From positions 320,001 through 384,000 of the forward strand of contig CBDBZU010000004.1 of the NCBI GenBank assembly GCA_965213625.1: a stretch of DNA of 64,000 nt. Direction: 5' to 3'. The notes beneath the pieces were generated by a model. It saw nothing but the letters and a program-made list of their open reading frames with translations. It ran no database searches and was not told where the DNA came from. Origin of the DNA: a bacterium. Its GTDB lineage: Bacteria > UBA8248. Shown here piece after piece: positions 9,610 to 19,323 of this stretch. The position numbers and the translations under genes were made by a program. How positions within the stretch are numbered: position 1 is the stretch's first letter; each line of letters begins with the position of its first letter.

Positions 9610-10764
9610 ATGACGGATCAGAAGACGAAGACCGAGATCGCATCGGTCGAACGCCGCAATTTCCTCAAGCTGGCGGGGGCAAGCGGCATCACGGCGGCGC
9701 TGGTGGCGGCCGGAACCGGGGCGCTCACTTCGAGCAAGGCCATGGCGCAGTCGTCCAGGGAGGAAGCCCAGCGCCGTCGCACCGCGAAGTACACCATGAC
9801 GATGGCGACAGCCTACGTTCTGACGGCGGACCGCAGCTATCCCATCATGCAGCTCGACTTCAAGGAGAACATCCAAAACGCGACCAACGGCAAGGTCTAC
9901 GTCAAGCTGGCGCCGGGAGGCCAGCTGGGTGCCGGCGGGGCGTTGGCCCAGAAGGTGCAGAGCGGCACGATCCAGGCGGCCCAGCATTCACTTTCGAATT
10001 TCGCTCCCTTCGCGCCGGTCGTCGACCTCATCAACCTGCCCTACCTGTGCGGAGCCAACCAGCGCTTCGTGAACCTGGTGAGCTCGGACCACTGGAAAAA
10101 GACTATCCACCAGAAGGTCGAGGCGCGGGGATTCAAGCCGCTCTACTATATCGTCATCGACCCGCGGGTCGTGGCGGTCCGTAAGGGCGGAGCGGGCGCG
10201 GTCATCAAGCCCGCCGACCTGAAAGGCGTGAAGTTCCGGGTTCCCGGCTCGAAAATGCTGCAGCAATACTACCGCCTGGTCGGCGCCAACCCGACGCCGG
10301 TCGCCTGGGGCGAGACTCCCTCGGCGATCAAACAAGGCGTGGCGGACGCGCTCGATCCGGCGGTCGGCGCGCTTTTCGTCTTCGGTTTCAAGGACATCCT
10401 GAGCCATGTCACCTTCACCCAGGCGGTTCCCGACAGCCAGGTCTTTTCGTGCAATCTCAAGTGGTTCAACTCGCTTCCGGGCGACGTGAAAGACGGAATC
10501 GAGTTCGCCTCTGAGATTACGTCGCAGCAGAACCTCGCCAAGGTGCCGGCGGCGCGCAACTACGCGATGGCGGAGCTGAGAAAGTCCGGCGTCAAATTCC
10601 ATTCGCTCAGCGAAGAGCAACTGAAGGTCTGGAAAGAGGCGGGCGGCTACCAGCGCTCCGAGTGGGACGGGTTCAAGACGAAGCTGGCCGGCTCCATGGA
10701 CTCGTTCAATAAACTGGTCGAAGCCGCCGACACGCAGAGCCGCCACTACGTTCACGACGCCTAA
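9610..10764 (+). CDS. hpsK: TRAP substrate-binding protein DctP, HpsK-like (DHPS uptake)
   Basis: Tat signal RRNFLK; DctP motifs KFRVPGS and PTPVAWGE; context with hpsP-like gene and hpsN/O relic. Confidence 0.7.
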   Translation: MTDQKTKTEIASVERRNFLKLAGASGITAALVAAGTGALTSSKAMAQSSREEAQRRRTAKYTMTMATAYVLTADRSYPIMQLDFKENIQNATNGKVYVKLAPGGQLGAGGALAQKVQSGTIQAAQHSLSNFAPFAPVVDLINLPYLCGANQRFVNLVSSDHWKKTIHQKVEARGFKPLYYIVIDPRVVAVRKGGAGAVIKPADLKGVKFRVPGSKMLQQYYRLVGANPTPVAWGETPSAIKQGVADALDPAVGALFVFGFKDILSHVTFTQAVPDSQVFSCNLKWFNSLPGDVKDGIEFASEITSQQNLAKVPAARNYAMAELRKSGVKFHSLSEEQLKVWKEAGGYQRSEWDGFKTKLAGSMDSFNKLVEAADTQSRHYVHDA

Positions 10765-10768
10765 ACAG

Positions 10769-10801
10769 AAGAGCCCGGCGGCGCGCGCCGCCGGGCTCTT
10801 T
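10769..10801 (+). terminator. Stem-loop between dctP and dctQ
   Basis: aagagcccggcggc-gcgc-gccgccgggctcttt. Confidence 0.7.
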
Positions 10802-10833
10802 CGCTCCATTGAACTCCGGAAGGAGGGGCGACC

Positions 10834-11340
10834 TTGCTCGACTCGCTGAACAGGAACATCGAGCGTCTGGCGCTGCTGTTTTTCTACACAATGCTGGTCG
10901 CCACCATGGCGGTAGAGGTGGTGCGCCGCGAGGTCTTCGCATATTCGTCCATCTGGGGCGAGGAGATCGTCCGCTACGCGTTCATTTACCTCGTCTGGAT
11001 TGGAGCAGCTTCGGCGGTGCGGGAGCGGGCGCATATCCGCATCGACGTCATCTTCAACTACGTCGGGCCGCGCACCAAGTCCGTGCTCTACATCTTCGGC
11101 GACCTGGTGATGCTGGCCATCGCCGTCATCTCCGTTTGGTGGTCGTTCGAGACCGTTACGGTGTCCTGGAAATTCGGCTCGGTCAGCCATGGCCTTCGAA
11201 TGTCGATGGTCTGGTTCCTCGCCGCCGTGCCAATCGGTTTTTCGCTGCTGGTTTTTCGTCTCATCCAGTCGCTCATTCGCGATATCGCAGACTTGCGCGC
11301 AGGCTCCTCCCTCTACGAGGGCGGCAAGCTGTTCGACTAA
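10834..11340 (+). CDS. hpsL: TRAP small permease DctQ
   Basis: WGEEIVRYAFIYLVWIGA..HIRID; 4 TM. Confidence 0.7.
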   Translation: MLDSLNRNIERLALLFFYTMLVATMAVEVVRREVFAYSSIWGEEIVRYAFIYLVWIGAASAVRERAHIRIDVIFNYVGPRTKSVLYIFGDLVMLAIAVISVWWSFETVTVSWKFGSVSHGLRMSMVWFLAAVPIGFSLLVFRLIQSLIRDIADLRAGSSLYEGGKLFD

Positions 11341-11361
11341 GGGGGTCCGGGGGAGACGCCG

Positions 11362-12693
11362 ATGCTCTGGAACCAGATGCAGCAAGCACATCAGGCGATT
11401 GGTTGGGATTTCTACGGCCCGGTCATCTTCTTTGTGGTCCTGGTTGCGCTGGGCGTCCCCATCTGGGCCGCGATCGGCGGCGGCGCGGTGGCGATGCTCC
11501 TCGTTTCGGGCGTTCTCCCCCTGTCGCTGCTCGGCGAGAGCCTCTTCGACGGAATCGACCATTTCGCCTTGACCGCCGTGCCCCTGTTCATCCTGACGGG
11601 CGACGTGCTGGTGCGCACCGGCCTCAGCCGCAAGTTCCTCGACGTGGCGGAAGCCCTGACCTGCTGGGCGAGAGGCGGCTTCGGCTCCGCCACGGTGCTG
11701 GTGTGCGGCATGTTCTCGGCCATTTCGGGTTCTGATGCGGCGGGCGCCGCCGCGGTGGGCCGCATGACGATCGCGCGACTGGTCGAATCGGGCTACCCGC
11801 GTCCCTACGCCTGCGCGCTCGTGGCGGCGGGCGCGTGCACGGGCATCCTCATTCCGCCTTCTATCGCCTATATCATCATCGGGCTCGTGCTCGGCATATC
11901 CGCCTCCACGCTCTTCCAGGCGGCGCTGATCCCCGGCATTCTGATTCTCGCGTCCATTCTCATCACGAACATCATCGTCAACCGGCGCTACGCCTATGAG
12001 GGCGGCGGACAGATCTCGGTGGCCGAATGGGCCGCCAATCTCAAGAAGGCGCTCAAGAACGGCTGGTACGCCTTCATCGTCCCCGGCGTGATTTTCTGGG
12101 GAATATTTTCGGGCCAGTTGACGCCGACCGAGGCGGGCGCGACCGCCGTGGTCATCACAATCATCATGGGCTTCATCCTAGGCACGCTGAAGTTCTCGGA
12201 CTTCCCGGCGATGCTGGTGAGTTCGGCGAAGGTCAACGGCGTCATCCTGCCTATCATCGCCTTCTCCCTGCCGCTCGCCCAGACCATGGCGGCGCTCGGC
12301 GTGCCCCAGGGGTTCGTCCATACGGTCACGTCGGTGACGGACAATCCCTATGTGCTGGTCCTGCTGATGATCGCCATCCTCATTGCGGCCGGTTGCGTGA
12401 TGGAGACCACGCCCAACATCGTCATCCTGGCGCCTATCCTGAAGCCCCTGGCCGATGAAATCGGAATGAACGAGATACAGTTCTGCGTGATGATGATCAC
12501 CGCGCTCGGCGTGGGCTTCATCACGCCTCCGCTCGGCCTCAACCTGTTCGTCGTCTCCGGCCTGACGGGCGACTCAATCCTCGATATCGCCGCGCGCGCG
12601 GTGCCCTTCGTCTTCTTCATGCTGCTGGTGGTGTTGCTGATCGCCTACGTCCCGTGGGTCTCCACCGTGCTACTGTCCGCAGCATACAAATGA
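11362..12693 (+). CDS. hpsM: TRAP large permease DctM
   Basis: AVPLFILTG, ISGS..A, GILIPPS, TPTEAG, ITPPLGLNLFV. Confidence 0.75.
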   Translation: MLWNQMQQAHQAIGWDFYGPVIFFVVLVALGVPIWAAIGGGAVAMLLVSGVLPLSLLGESLFDGIDHFALTAVPLFILTGDVLVRTGLSRKFLDVAEALTCWARGGFGSATVLVCGMFSAISGSDAAGAAAVGRMTIARLVESGYPRPYACALVAAGACTGILIPPSIAYIIIGLVLGISASTLFQAALIPGILILASILITNIIVNRRYAYEGGGQISVAEWAANLKKALKNGWYAFIVPGVIFWGIFSGQLTPTEAGATAVVITIIMGFILGTLKFSDFPAMLVSSAKVNGVILPIIAFSLPLAQTMAALGVPQGFVHTVTSVTDNPYVLVLLMIAILIAAGCVMETTPNIVILAPILKPLADEIGMNEIQFCVMMITALGVGFITPPLGLNLFVVSGLTGDSILDIAARAVPFVFFMLLVVLLIAYVPWVSTVLLSAAYK

Positions 12694-12699
12694 GCGCAC

Positions 12700-13004
12700 G
12701 ATGCTCCTGAACTGTCCTGGGCATTCGGGTGATCGTTCGGCCGAGGACGCTTGAGAGTGGGAGCAATCGTGTCGGAAATCCTCGGCGAGACCGGAGCGGG
12801 CGGCGATCCGTTAGCGTTCAACTCGGCGCTGTCTGATTCTACGGAGACAGTGACGCGCGCGACGAACCACGAGTCCAGACCTGTAACGATCCGAACAGAA
12901 CACTCGAATATCTGCTCGGTCCTGCGCTTTTTCTCAGTTTGGCTGCGGCCGGCCATGTCACCGGTCATGTCCACTGCTTCGATAGAAGGCGCCCCGTGAG
13001 ATGA
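12700..13004 (+). pseudogene. Fused relic of an hpsN-like N-terminus and an hpsO-like SDR C-terminus
   Basis: VGAIVSEILGETGAGGD (histidinol-dehydrogenase-like N-terminus); then QTC..TLEYLLGPALFLSLAAAGHVTGHVHCFD (SDR C-terminus), whose TGA overlaps the next ATG. Confidence 0.55.
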
Positions 13005-13987
13005 AAGCGCTCGTCTATACCGGTCCCGAAACTCTTGAATACCGCGATGAGCCGGATCCCGATATTGGCGAAAACGCGTTGATCCGAGTCGCTCATGTAG
13101 GCGTCTGCGGTTCGGACATGCATGCATGGGCCGGCCATGACGAACGCCGCCCGGCGCCCCTGATCCTCGGCCACGAAGTGTCCGGATCCGTGGTGGAGGG
13201 ACCAGGCGCCGGCAGTCGCGTCGCGGTCAATCCACTTGTGACCTGCGGCGCTTGCGTAGTCTGCCGCTCGGGACGGGAGAATCTTTGCGCGACACGACAG
13301 ATCATCTCCATGCCGCCGCGCGAGGGGGCTTTCGCCGAACTGCTCGCGATGCCGGTTGAAAACCTCATCTCGATCCCGGACGGAGTTCCGACCGAGAAAG
13401 CCGTTCTCACCGAGCCTTTGTCATGTGGATGGCATGCGGTGCGCCTGGCGCAGAGGTTTTTGGACAGGCCGATCAGCGAAGCGCGCTGCCTCGTCATTGG
13501 GGGCGGCGCGATCGGCCTCGGCGCCGCACTCGTGCTGAACGACCGGTCTGCGGCCGAAATCCACATCGGAGAAATCAACCCCTCGCGTCGTGACATCCTC
13601 TCTCGCGCCGGGGAGTTTCGGGTCTACGACCCATCGTCGGGAAAGGACCCGGAAGCCGTCGATCTGGTCATCGACGCGGTTGGGTTCGAGGCGACTCGCG
13701 CATTGGCGTCCGCCGCTGTACGGCCTGGAGGCGCGATCCTCCATATCGGCTTGGGCTCTGCGGCGGGCGGCCTCGACATCCGCCGCATGACGCTTCAGGA
13801 AATCGCCTTCATCGGCGCCTATACCTACAGCACCGCGGATTTTCGCGAAACCGCGGAGGCGATCTTCTCAGGCCGCCTCGGAGCGCTCGACTGGACCGAT
13901 ATCCGTCCGCTGTCGGAGGGCGCCCGCGCCTTCTCCGATATCAGTTCAGGCCGCGCAGCCGCGCCCAAAATAGTTCTTGCGCCTTAA
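13001..13987 (+). CDS. hpsP: Zn-dependent alcohol dehydrogenase, HpsP-like
   Basis: GVCGSD, GHE, CxxCxxC...C structural Zn site, GGGAIG; follows hpsKLM. Confidence 0.7.
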   Translation: MKALVYTGPETLEYRDEPDPDIGENALIRVAHVGVCGSDMHAWAGHDERRPAPLILGHEVSGSVVEGPGAGSRVAVNPLVTCGACVVCRSGRENLCATRQIISMPPREGAFAELLAMPVENLISIPDGVPTEKAVLTEPLSCGWHAVRLAQRFLDRPISEARCLVIGGGAIGLGAALVLNDRSAAEIHIGEINPSRRDILSRAGEFRVYDPSSGKDPEAVDLVIDAVGFEATRALASAAVRPGGAILHIGLGSAAGGLDIRRMTLQEIAFIGAYTYSTADFRETAEAIFSGRLGALDWTDIRPLSEGARAFSDISSGRAAAPKIVLAP

Positions 13988-14432
13988 GAACGCCGGTGTT
14001 TTACGACTGTACGATGCTCAATGTAATGCGTTCGCAAGTGCCCCTTTGCTCGAAGATCACCCTGCGTTACGGTGCGGCAATCGAGGCTCCTGGTGTGGCG
14101 GGAACAAGCTTGGTGCGGGCGGGGTGCTTTGTTGTTGATGTTCCCCTTATGGAGAGCGCCTTGGATAAGCATGGCCACCTCATGGGTGCGTATCGCTGCT
14201 GACATGGTTTGAGGAGGCTGGGTAGTGCGCGCTCAGGATCGGTTGCCTGTCGAAGGCGTTAACGGACACGGAGGTGTTGGTGCTTCATGAGAAACCTGCG
14301 CTCTTAGGAGCGCATCGACGCGATTCGTGATGGGGCGAGGAGCGGCGATGTATGTAACGGCACGATAAGTGGTGCTGTGAGAACTATCTGAGCGAGGCGA
14401 AGAGTTGGAACGGGCTGGGGAGCAACGTAAAG

Positions 14433-15669
14433 TTATTTCCTGCCTAACCGTGGTGACGCTGACCCCGGAGACGGCGGGCGGCGCTCCCGCCAGCCTTCCA
14501 GCATGTTCTCCGCGATGCTCCCGGTGACCCGCTCGGCCGCCTCCTGCGCCGAGTCGCGCGCGAGGTGCGCGTAGCGCGCCGTCGTTTCCATCTTGCTGTG
14601 GCCCAGGAGCTTCCCTATCACGGGGAGCGCCTCGCCGAGCGCGAGGGCCCGCGAGGCCCAGGAGTGGCGCAGGTCGTGCAGCCTCACGTCCCCGAGGCCC
14701 GCGCGCTCCCTGATGAGATGCCAGGCCTCGTCGATGTTCACAAGGTGCGTCCCGGGCTTCCTGCCCGGAATGACCCAGGGGCCGTCGTGGGTGCCAAGGA
14801 GACTTCTGAGGAGTTCGACCGCCTCAGGCGGCAGCGGGATCACCCGCGCGCCCGTCTTGGAATCGGGCAGCCTGAGCTCGCCCGCTTCGAGCGCTACGTC
14901 CTCCCGGCGCAGCTTGAGTATCTCGCTCCTGCGGCACCCGGTAAGGGCCAGGAGCCGGATCGCCGCCACCGCGACGCGGACGCGTCGCCCCGGGCCTCCG
15001 CCTCCTCGAGTGCGCGTCCCAGGCGGGTGAACTCAGAATCCGTCAGGAACCGCTCGCGCCTGCGCTCGGGGTATTTCACGAGAGCCTTGCAGGGGTTCGA
15101 GGTTCCCTCGGGAACCATTCCCCAGCCCGCGGCCAGGCGGTACATCGAGGAGAGGATGCGGAGCGCCATGTTCGCCACCGCGGGCGTCTCGTACAGGCTC
15201 TCGTGGAACTCCGCCACCTGCGCGCGCGAGAGCGCAGCGATCGGCGCCCTGCCCAGGGCGGGCAGGACGTGGCGGTGATCACCGAGCGGTAGAGCGCGGC
15301 GGTGGCCGGCTTGCACCGCACCGCGACGTATTCGGCGAGGTAGCGCGCGCACACCTCATTCACCGTGGGGCCGCCCACAGGCTTCATCGGCTTTGGAACC
15401 GCCTCCTCGCCCGCCTTGATCCTCGCGATGATGTGGGCGGCGCGTTTCCTCGCCTCATCGGCGTTGATCACCCCGTGGCGGCCCACCGCCACCCTCTTGG
15501 GACCCTCAGGCCCCCGCGCCTGGGCGATGTAGACTTTTGAGCCTGTGGGATAAACCCGCACACCGAAGCCGGTGAGTTCCCGGTCCCAGAAGACCGTGTC
15601 CTTCTCCACCGCGAGTTTCGCGACCGCGCGGTTGGAAAGCGTCCCGTATTTCGTCTTCGCCATCTTCAC
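14433..15669 (-). pseudogene. Tyrosine integrase 2 (Arm domain), two single-base frameshifts
   Basis: Three frames join into one integrase: FWDRELTGFGVRV, TGCRRSEI, HDLRHSWAS, LLGHS..TTARY; shifts near 15280 and 14972. Confidence 0.85.
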
Positions 15670-16844
15670 CCGGCCCTCCCGTTGGTGATGTGAATCCCGA
15701 TGCTCCCGCCCACCCTTACCGCCGCCTCCCTCTCGGCCTCTCGCATCAGGTGCGCGTAGCGCGCGCTCGTCGCCACGCTCGTGTGGCCGAGCAGTTTGCC
15801 TATCGTGTATAAACTCTCGCCCAGCGCCAGCGCCCTCGACGCGTAGGAATGCCTGAGGTCGTGGATGCGCACGTCATGGAGTCCCGCCCGCTCCCTTACG
15901 GGCCGCCAGTAGTGGTGCAGGCCCGTGAGATGCTTCCCGGCCCTCTGGCCCGCTATCACCCAGGGATTGTCCTCAGAGCGGGGGATGGCGTCCAGTATCC
16001 TGAGGGCGGGCCTCGTCAGGGGGACCATGCGGGGACCCGCCTTGGCGTCCCTCAAGCGCAGATCCCCCGCCGTGCGGTCCACGTCGTCCCAGCGCAACGA
16101 GAGGATCTCGCCCCTGCGGCACCCGGTCAGGACGAGCAGCCGGATGGCCGCGATAGCGGGCGGCCATATCCCGTCCTCGTCCTCGGCTTGCCTGAGCGCA
16201 CGGCCCAGGCGCCGGTATTCCTCAGGCGTCAAAAACCGCTCGCGCACCCGCGTCCTGTAGCGGCGCACGGCTAGGCAGGGGTTCCGCCCGGGGGGGACCA
16301 GTTCCCACGCCTCGGCAAGGGTGTACATCCGCGAGAGCAGATGGACGGCCGCATTGGCCCGGGCGGGCGTGTCCCTGAGCCTGTGATGGAGCGCCGTGAC
16401 TTGCGCCCCGCCCACTTCTTCCAGTCCCATCCCGCCCAGGGCGGGCAGGATGTATTTGCCCAGCACCGTGCGGTACGCCGAGGCGGTGGCCGGCTTGAGA
16501 TGCCGCTCCACGTGGGTGCGCATGAAGCGCTCGGCGAGTCCCGCCACGGTGGACTCCGCTTCTGGCAGTTGAGTTACCAGCTCCTCGCCCCGCTTGATTC
16601 GGTCGATAATGAGGGCGGCCTGTTTCCTGGCCTCGTCGACGGTCAACTCCCCGTGGCGGCCGAGCGTCACGCGTTTGGGACCCGATGGTCCTCTGGACTG
16701 CACCACCCAGGTCTTCCGGCCCGTGGTGTGGACGCGCACACCCAGGCCCGCCAGTTCCCGGTCCCAGAAGACCGCGTCCTTCCCGTCGGCCTCGAGCGCG
16801 TCGACGGTGCGCTTGGTGAGCTTCAGTTCGCTTCGCTTCGGCAT
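15666..16844 (-). CDS. Tyrosine integrase 1 with Arm DNA-binding domain
   Basis: FWDRELAGLGVRV, TGCRRGEI, HDLRHSYAS, LLGHT..SARY. Confidence 0.92.
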   Translation of the reverse strand: MPKRSELKLTKRTVDALEADGKDAVFWDRELAGLGVRVHTTGRKTWVVQSRGPSGPKRVTLGRHGELTVDEARKQAALIIDRIKRGEELVTQLPEAESTVAGLAERFMRTHVERHLKPATASAYRTVLGKYILPALGGMGLEEVGGAQVTALHHRLRDTPARANAAVHLLSRMYTLAEAWELVPPGRNPCLAVRRYRTRVRERFLTPEEYRRLGRALRQAEDEDGIWPPAIAAIRLLVLTGCRRGEILSLRWDDVDRTAGDLRLRDAKAGPRMVPLTRPALRILDAIPRSEDNPWVIAGQRAGKHLTGLHHYWRPVRERAGLHDVRIHDLRHSYASRALALGESLYTIGKLLGHTSVATSARYAHLMREAEREAAVRVGGSIGIHITNGRAG

Positions 16845-16849
16845 CCTTC

Positions 16850-17090
16850 CTCCAATATATGTAATCATAACGCATACGTACGGCATGATACAGGAGGGTA
16901 TCAGAGCATACGTGTGACGAAAGCGCAAGGGGGGGTCGGGGTGAGGAATAACAGAAATATAGTATTATAAACAATCAGTTATCGTAGACAAACAGAGTCA
17001 ATCGTACTATTGCGCGGCCACGGGGTTCATGACAATAATTAATCGAAATTTTCAGAAATTCCGACTCATCCCGACTCAGCGCCTCACGCG
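16850..17090. mobile_element. Probable right end (att region) of the integrative element
   Basis: AT-rich; GCATACGT twice, IHF-like aaacaatcagtta, CCGACTCA twice; host-type genes resume beyond it. Confidence 0.45.
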
Positions 17091-17188
17091 TCGATCGCAA
17101 CCGAAGAGGGAGTGTGTTTCTCCCGTTCCGTCTTCACCGATTCAGACTGCCGAGGGAGGGATTGACGATGAAGCATGAGAGTCCGCGG

Positions 17189-19321
17189 CTAGCGTCGTCG
17201 TTTCGTCCGGCTCGTTTTCTTTCGCGTCATCACCAGCCGGCCCAGTGAATCCACCTCGGCGCGGAACGAGGGTGGGATGAGCACCGTGGAATCGGGTTGT
17301 TCGATGACCGCGGGGCCTTGAACCTGGTTTCCGCCTTTCAGCAGCTCCCGTTCATAGATGGGGCAGTCGATAGAGTTTCCGGTCTCCTGGAAATGCACCT
17401 TCCGCTCGCCCTTGAGCGCCGCTCTGGGGCTTCGGGAGCCTGAGGCGATTTTTTTCGGGCGAATCCGGTCCGTGAGGCCGATGGCCGAGACACGAAGGGT
17501 GACGGCCTGAACGCTTTCCGCCTCATCGCAATAGCTGTACTGGCGCAAGTGCGCATCGTGAAACGCCCTTTGCGCCTTCCCGAGCCACGAGGTGTTCACC
17601 TTTCCGCCGGGAAGCGGCACATTGATCTCATAGTTCTGAAGCGGGTAGCGCAGATCGGCCGAGCGCACGAGGGTGCGCTTCGTGCGGGGCGCCTTCTCGG
17701 CCTTGAGCCATTCGTCCGCCGCAGCTTCCAGGTCGGCCATGATAGAGGCGATTCGCTCCGCGTTCTCACCATCGAGGCTCAAGCGCGTCGTGGCCGTGAA
17801 GTCTGCTCTCATGTCCGCCCAAAGCAGGCCGAGTGCGGAGAAAACGCCCGGCGCCTCGGGGATGATGATGCGCGGAACCCCGAGTTCGTTCGCCAGATCG
17901 GCCGCGTGCAGGGGTCCCGCGCCGCCGAAACCGATGAGCGCGAAATCGCGTGGGTCATATCCCCTGGCGACCGAGACCACGCGCAGGGTGCGAACCATGT
18001 GCGCGTTCACGACTTCGATGATCCCGGCGGCGGCCTCCATGGTGGATAGACCGAGTGGCCCGGCTATCTTCTCCTCGATGGCATTTTCCGCATATTCCAG
18101 GTTGAGGCGAGATGCTCCCCCGACGAAATAATCCGGGTTCAGGCGGCCCAGGACAAGGTTCGCGTCCGTGACGGTGGGCTCCTCGCCCCCGCGCCCGTAG
18201 CAGACCGGGCCGGGTTCCGATCCCGCGCTGTGGGGGCCGACTTTCAGAACGCCCACGCCGTCCACCGAGGCGATGGAACCGCCGCCCGCGCCGCATTCGG
18301 TCAGGTCGATGACGGGCGTCTTTACCGGATACCCCGTGAAGCGGACCGCCAGGGACTGGTGCATGCCCATCCCGATCTCGTATTCCGTGGTGGTCTTGTA
18401 CGCGCCGCCTTCGATGAGGCTCGCCTTGGCCGTGGTGCCTCCCATGTCGAAAGAGATAACGTCGGGTTCTTCGAGTTCTCTCGCGAGAACGGCCGCGGCG
18501 ATGACGCCCGCCGCGGGACCCGATTCGATGAGCGTGTGGGGGCGTTCGCGCGCCGAAGCGGGCGACATCAGCCCGCCGGCGGAGTTCATAATGAGGAGCT
18601 TTTCGGGACGGTGGCCGAGCCTGGATACTTCATCGTGCAGCTTTTCCGTGTAATTCGCAAAAATGGGCTTCAGGTAGCCGACGAGCGCGGTCGTACTGGT
18701 GCGTTCGAACTCGCGGAATTCGGGCGTGATGTCAGAAGATGCGACGATGTGGCGGCCCGGTAGCGCGCGAACGAGGTGTTCTTTCACTCGCTGCTCGTGA
18801 GCGGGGTTCACATGGGAAAAGAGCAGCGCGATCACCACCGATTCGGCGCCCGAAGCGTCGAGCACATCCGCGAGCCGGTCGAGTTCCGCTTTCGTGAGTT
18901 TGGCGACGACTTCGCCGTTCCACGCAAGCCGCTCGTTCACCTCGAAACATAGCCGCCGGGGGATGAGGGGCTTGGCCTTCACTTCCTGTAAGTTGTACAG
19001 GCTCGGCCTGCGCTGGCGGGCGATCTCGAGGATGTCCCGGAACCCCTTAGTTGCCACCAGGGCGGTGCGCGCGCCTTTTGATTCCAGGACGGTGTTGGTG
19101 GCCACGGTGGTGGCGTGGAGGATGCGCCCCACCTCTTCGGGCGATATCCCCTGGGTCGCTCTCACGAGACCGCTGACGAAACAACCCTCCAGATTCACCG
19201 GCGTGGTATCCACCTTGTAGGAGGCGATGAGTCCCTCTTGCTCTCCCATGAGGACGACGTCGGTGAACGTGCCGCCGATGTCGACCCCGACGCGGTATTT
19301 TTCTTTCTTTCCAGAAGCCAT
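17189..19321 (-). CDS. Hydantoinase/oxoprolinase A subunit
   Basis: GVDIGGTFTD, HATTVATN, ESGPAAG, DMGGTT, GAGGGS, FGGAGPLH. Confidence 0.93.
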   Translation of the reverse strand: MASGKKEKYRVGVDIGGTFTDVVLMGEQEGLIASYKVDTTPVNLEGCFVSGLVRATQGISPEEVGRILHATTVATNTVLESKGARTALVATKGFRDILEIARQRRPSLYNLQEVKAKPLIPRRLCFEVNERLAWNGEVVAKLTKAELDRLADVLDASGAESVVIALLFSHVNPAHEQRVKEHLVRALPGRHIVASSDITPEFREFERTSTTALVGYLKPIFANYTEKLHDEVSRLGHRPEKLLIMNSAGGLMSPASARERPHTLIESGPAAGVIAAAVLARELEEPDVISFDMGGTTAKASLIEGGAYKTTTEYEIGMGMHQSLAVRFTGYPVKTPVIDLTECGAGGGSIASVDGVGVLKVGPHSAGSEPGPVCYGRGGEEPTVTDANLVLGRLNPDYFVGGASRLNLEYAENAIEEKIAGPLGLSTMEAAAGIIEVVNAHMVRTLRVVSVARGYDPRDFALIGFGGAGPLHAADLANELGVPRIIIPEAPGVFSALGLLWADMRADFTATTRLSLDGENAERIASIMADLEAAADEWLKAEKAPRTKRTLVRSADLRYPLQNYEINVPLPGGKVNTSWLGKAQRAFHDAHLRQYSYCDEAESVQAVTLRVSAIGLTDRIRPKKIASGSRSPRAALKGERKVHFQETGNSIDCPIYERELLKGGNQVQGPAVIEQPDSTVLIPPSFRAEVDSLGRLVMTRKKTSRTKRRR

Positions 19322-19323
19322 GG

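Noticed and set aside
9988-11562. Long antisense ORFs over the TRAP genes, and similar ones across the window
   Set aside because: Shadow frames of high-GC coding sequence
13990-14430. Degenerate coding-like sequence between hpsP and the integrase
   Set aside because: Fragments could not be assigned to a family
17040-17180. Possible tRNA integration target next to the integrases
   Set aside because: No recognisable tRNA or tmRNA 3' end
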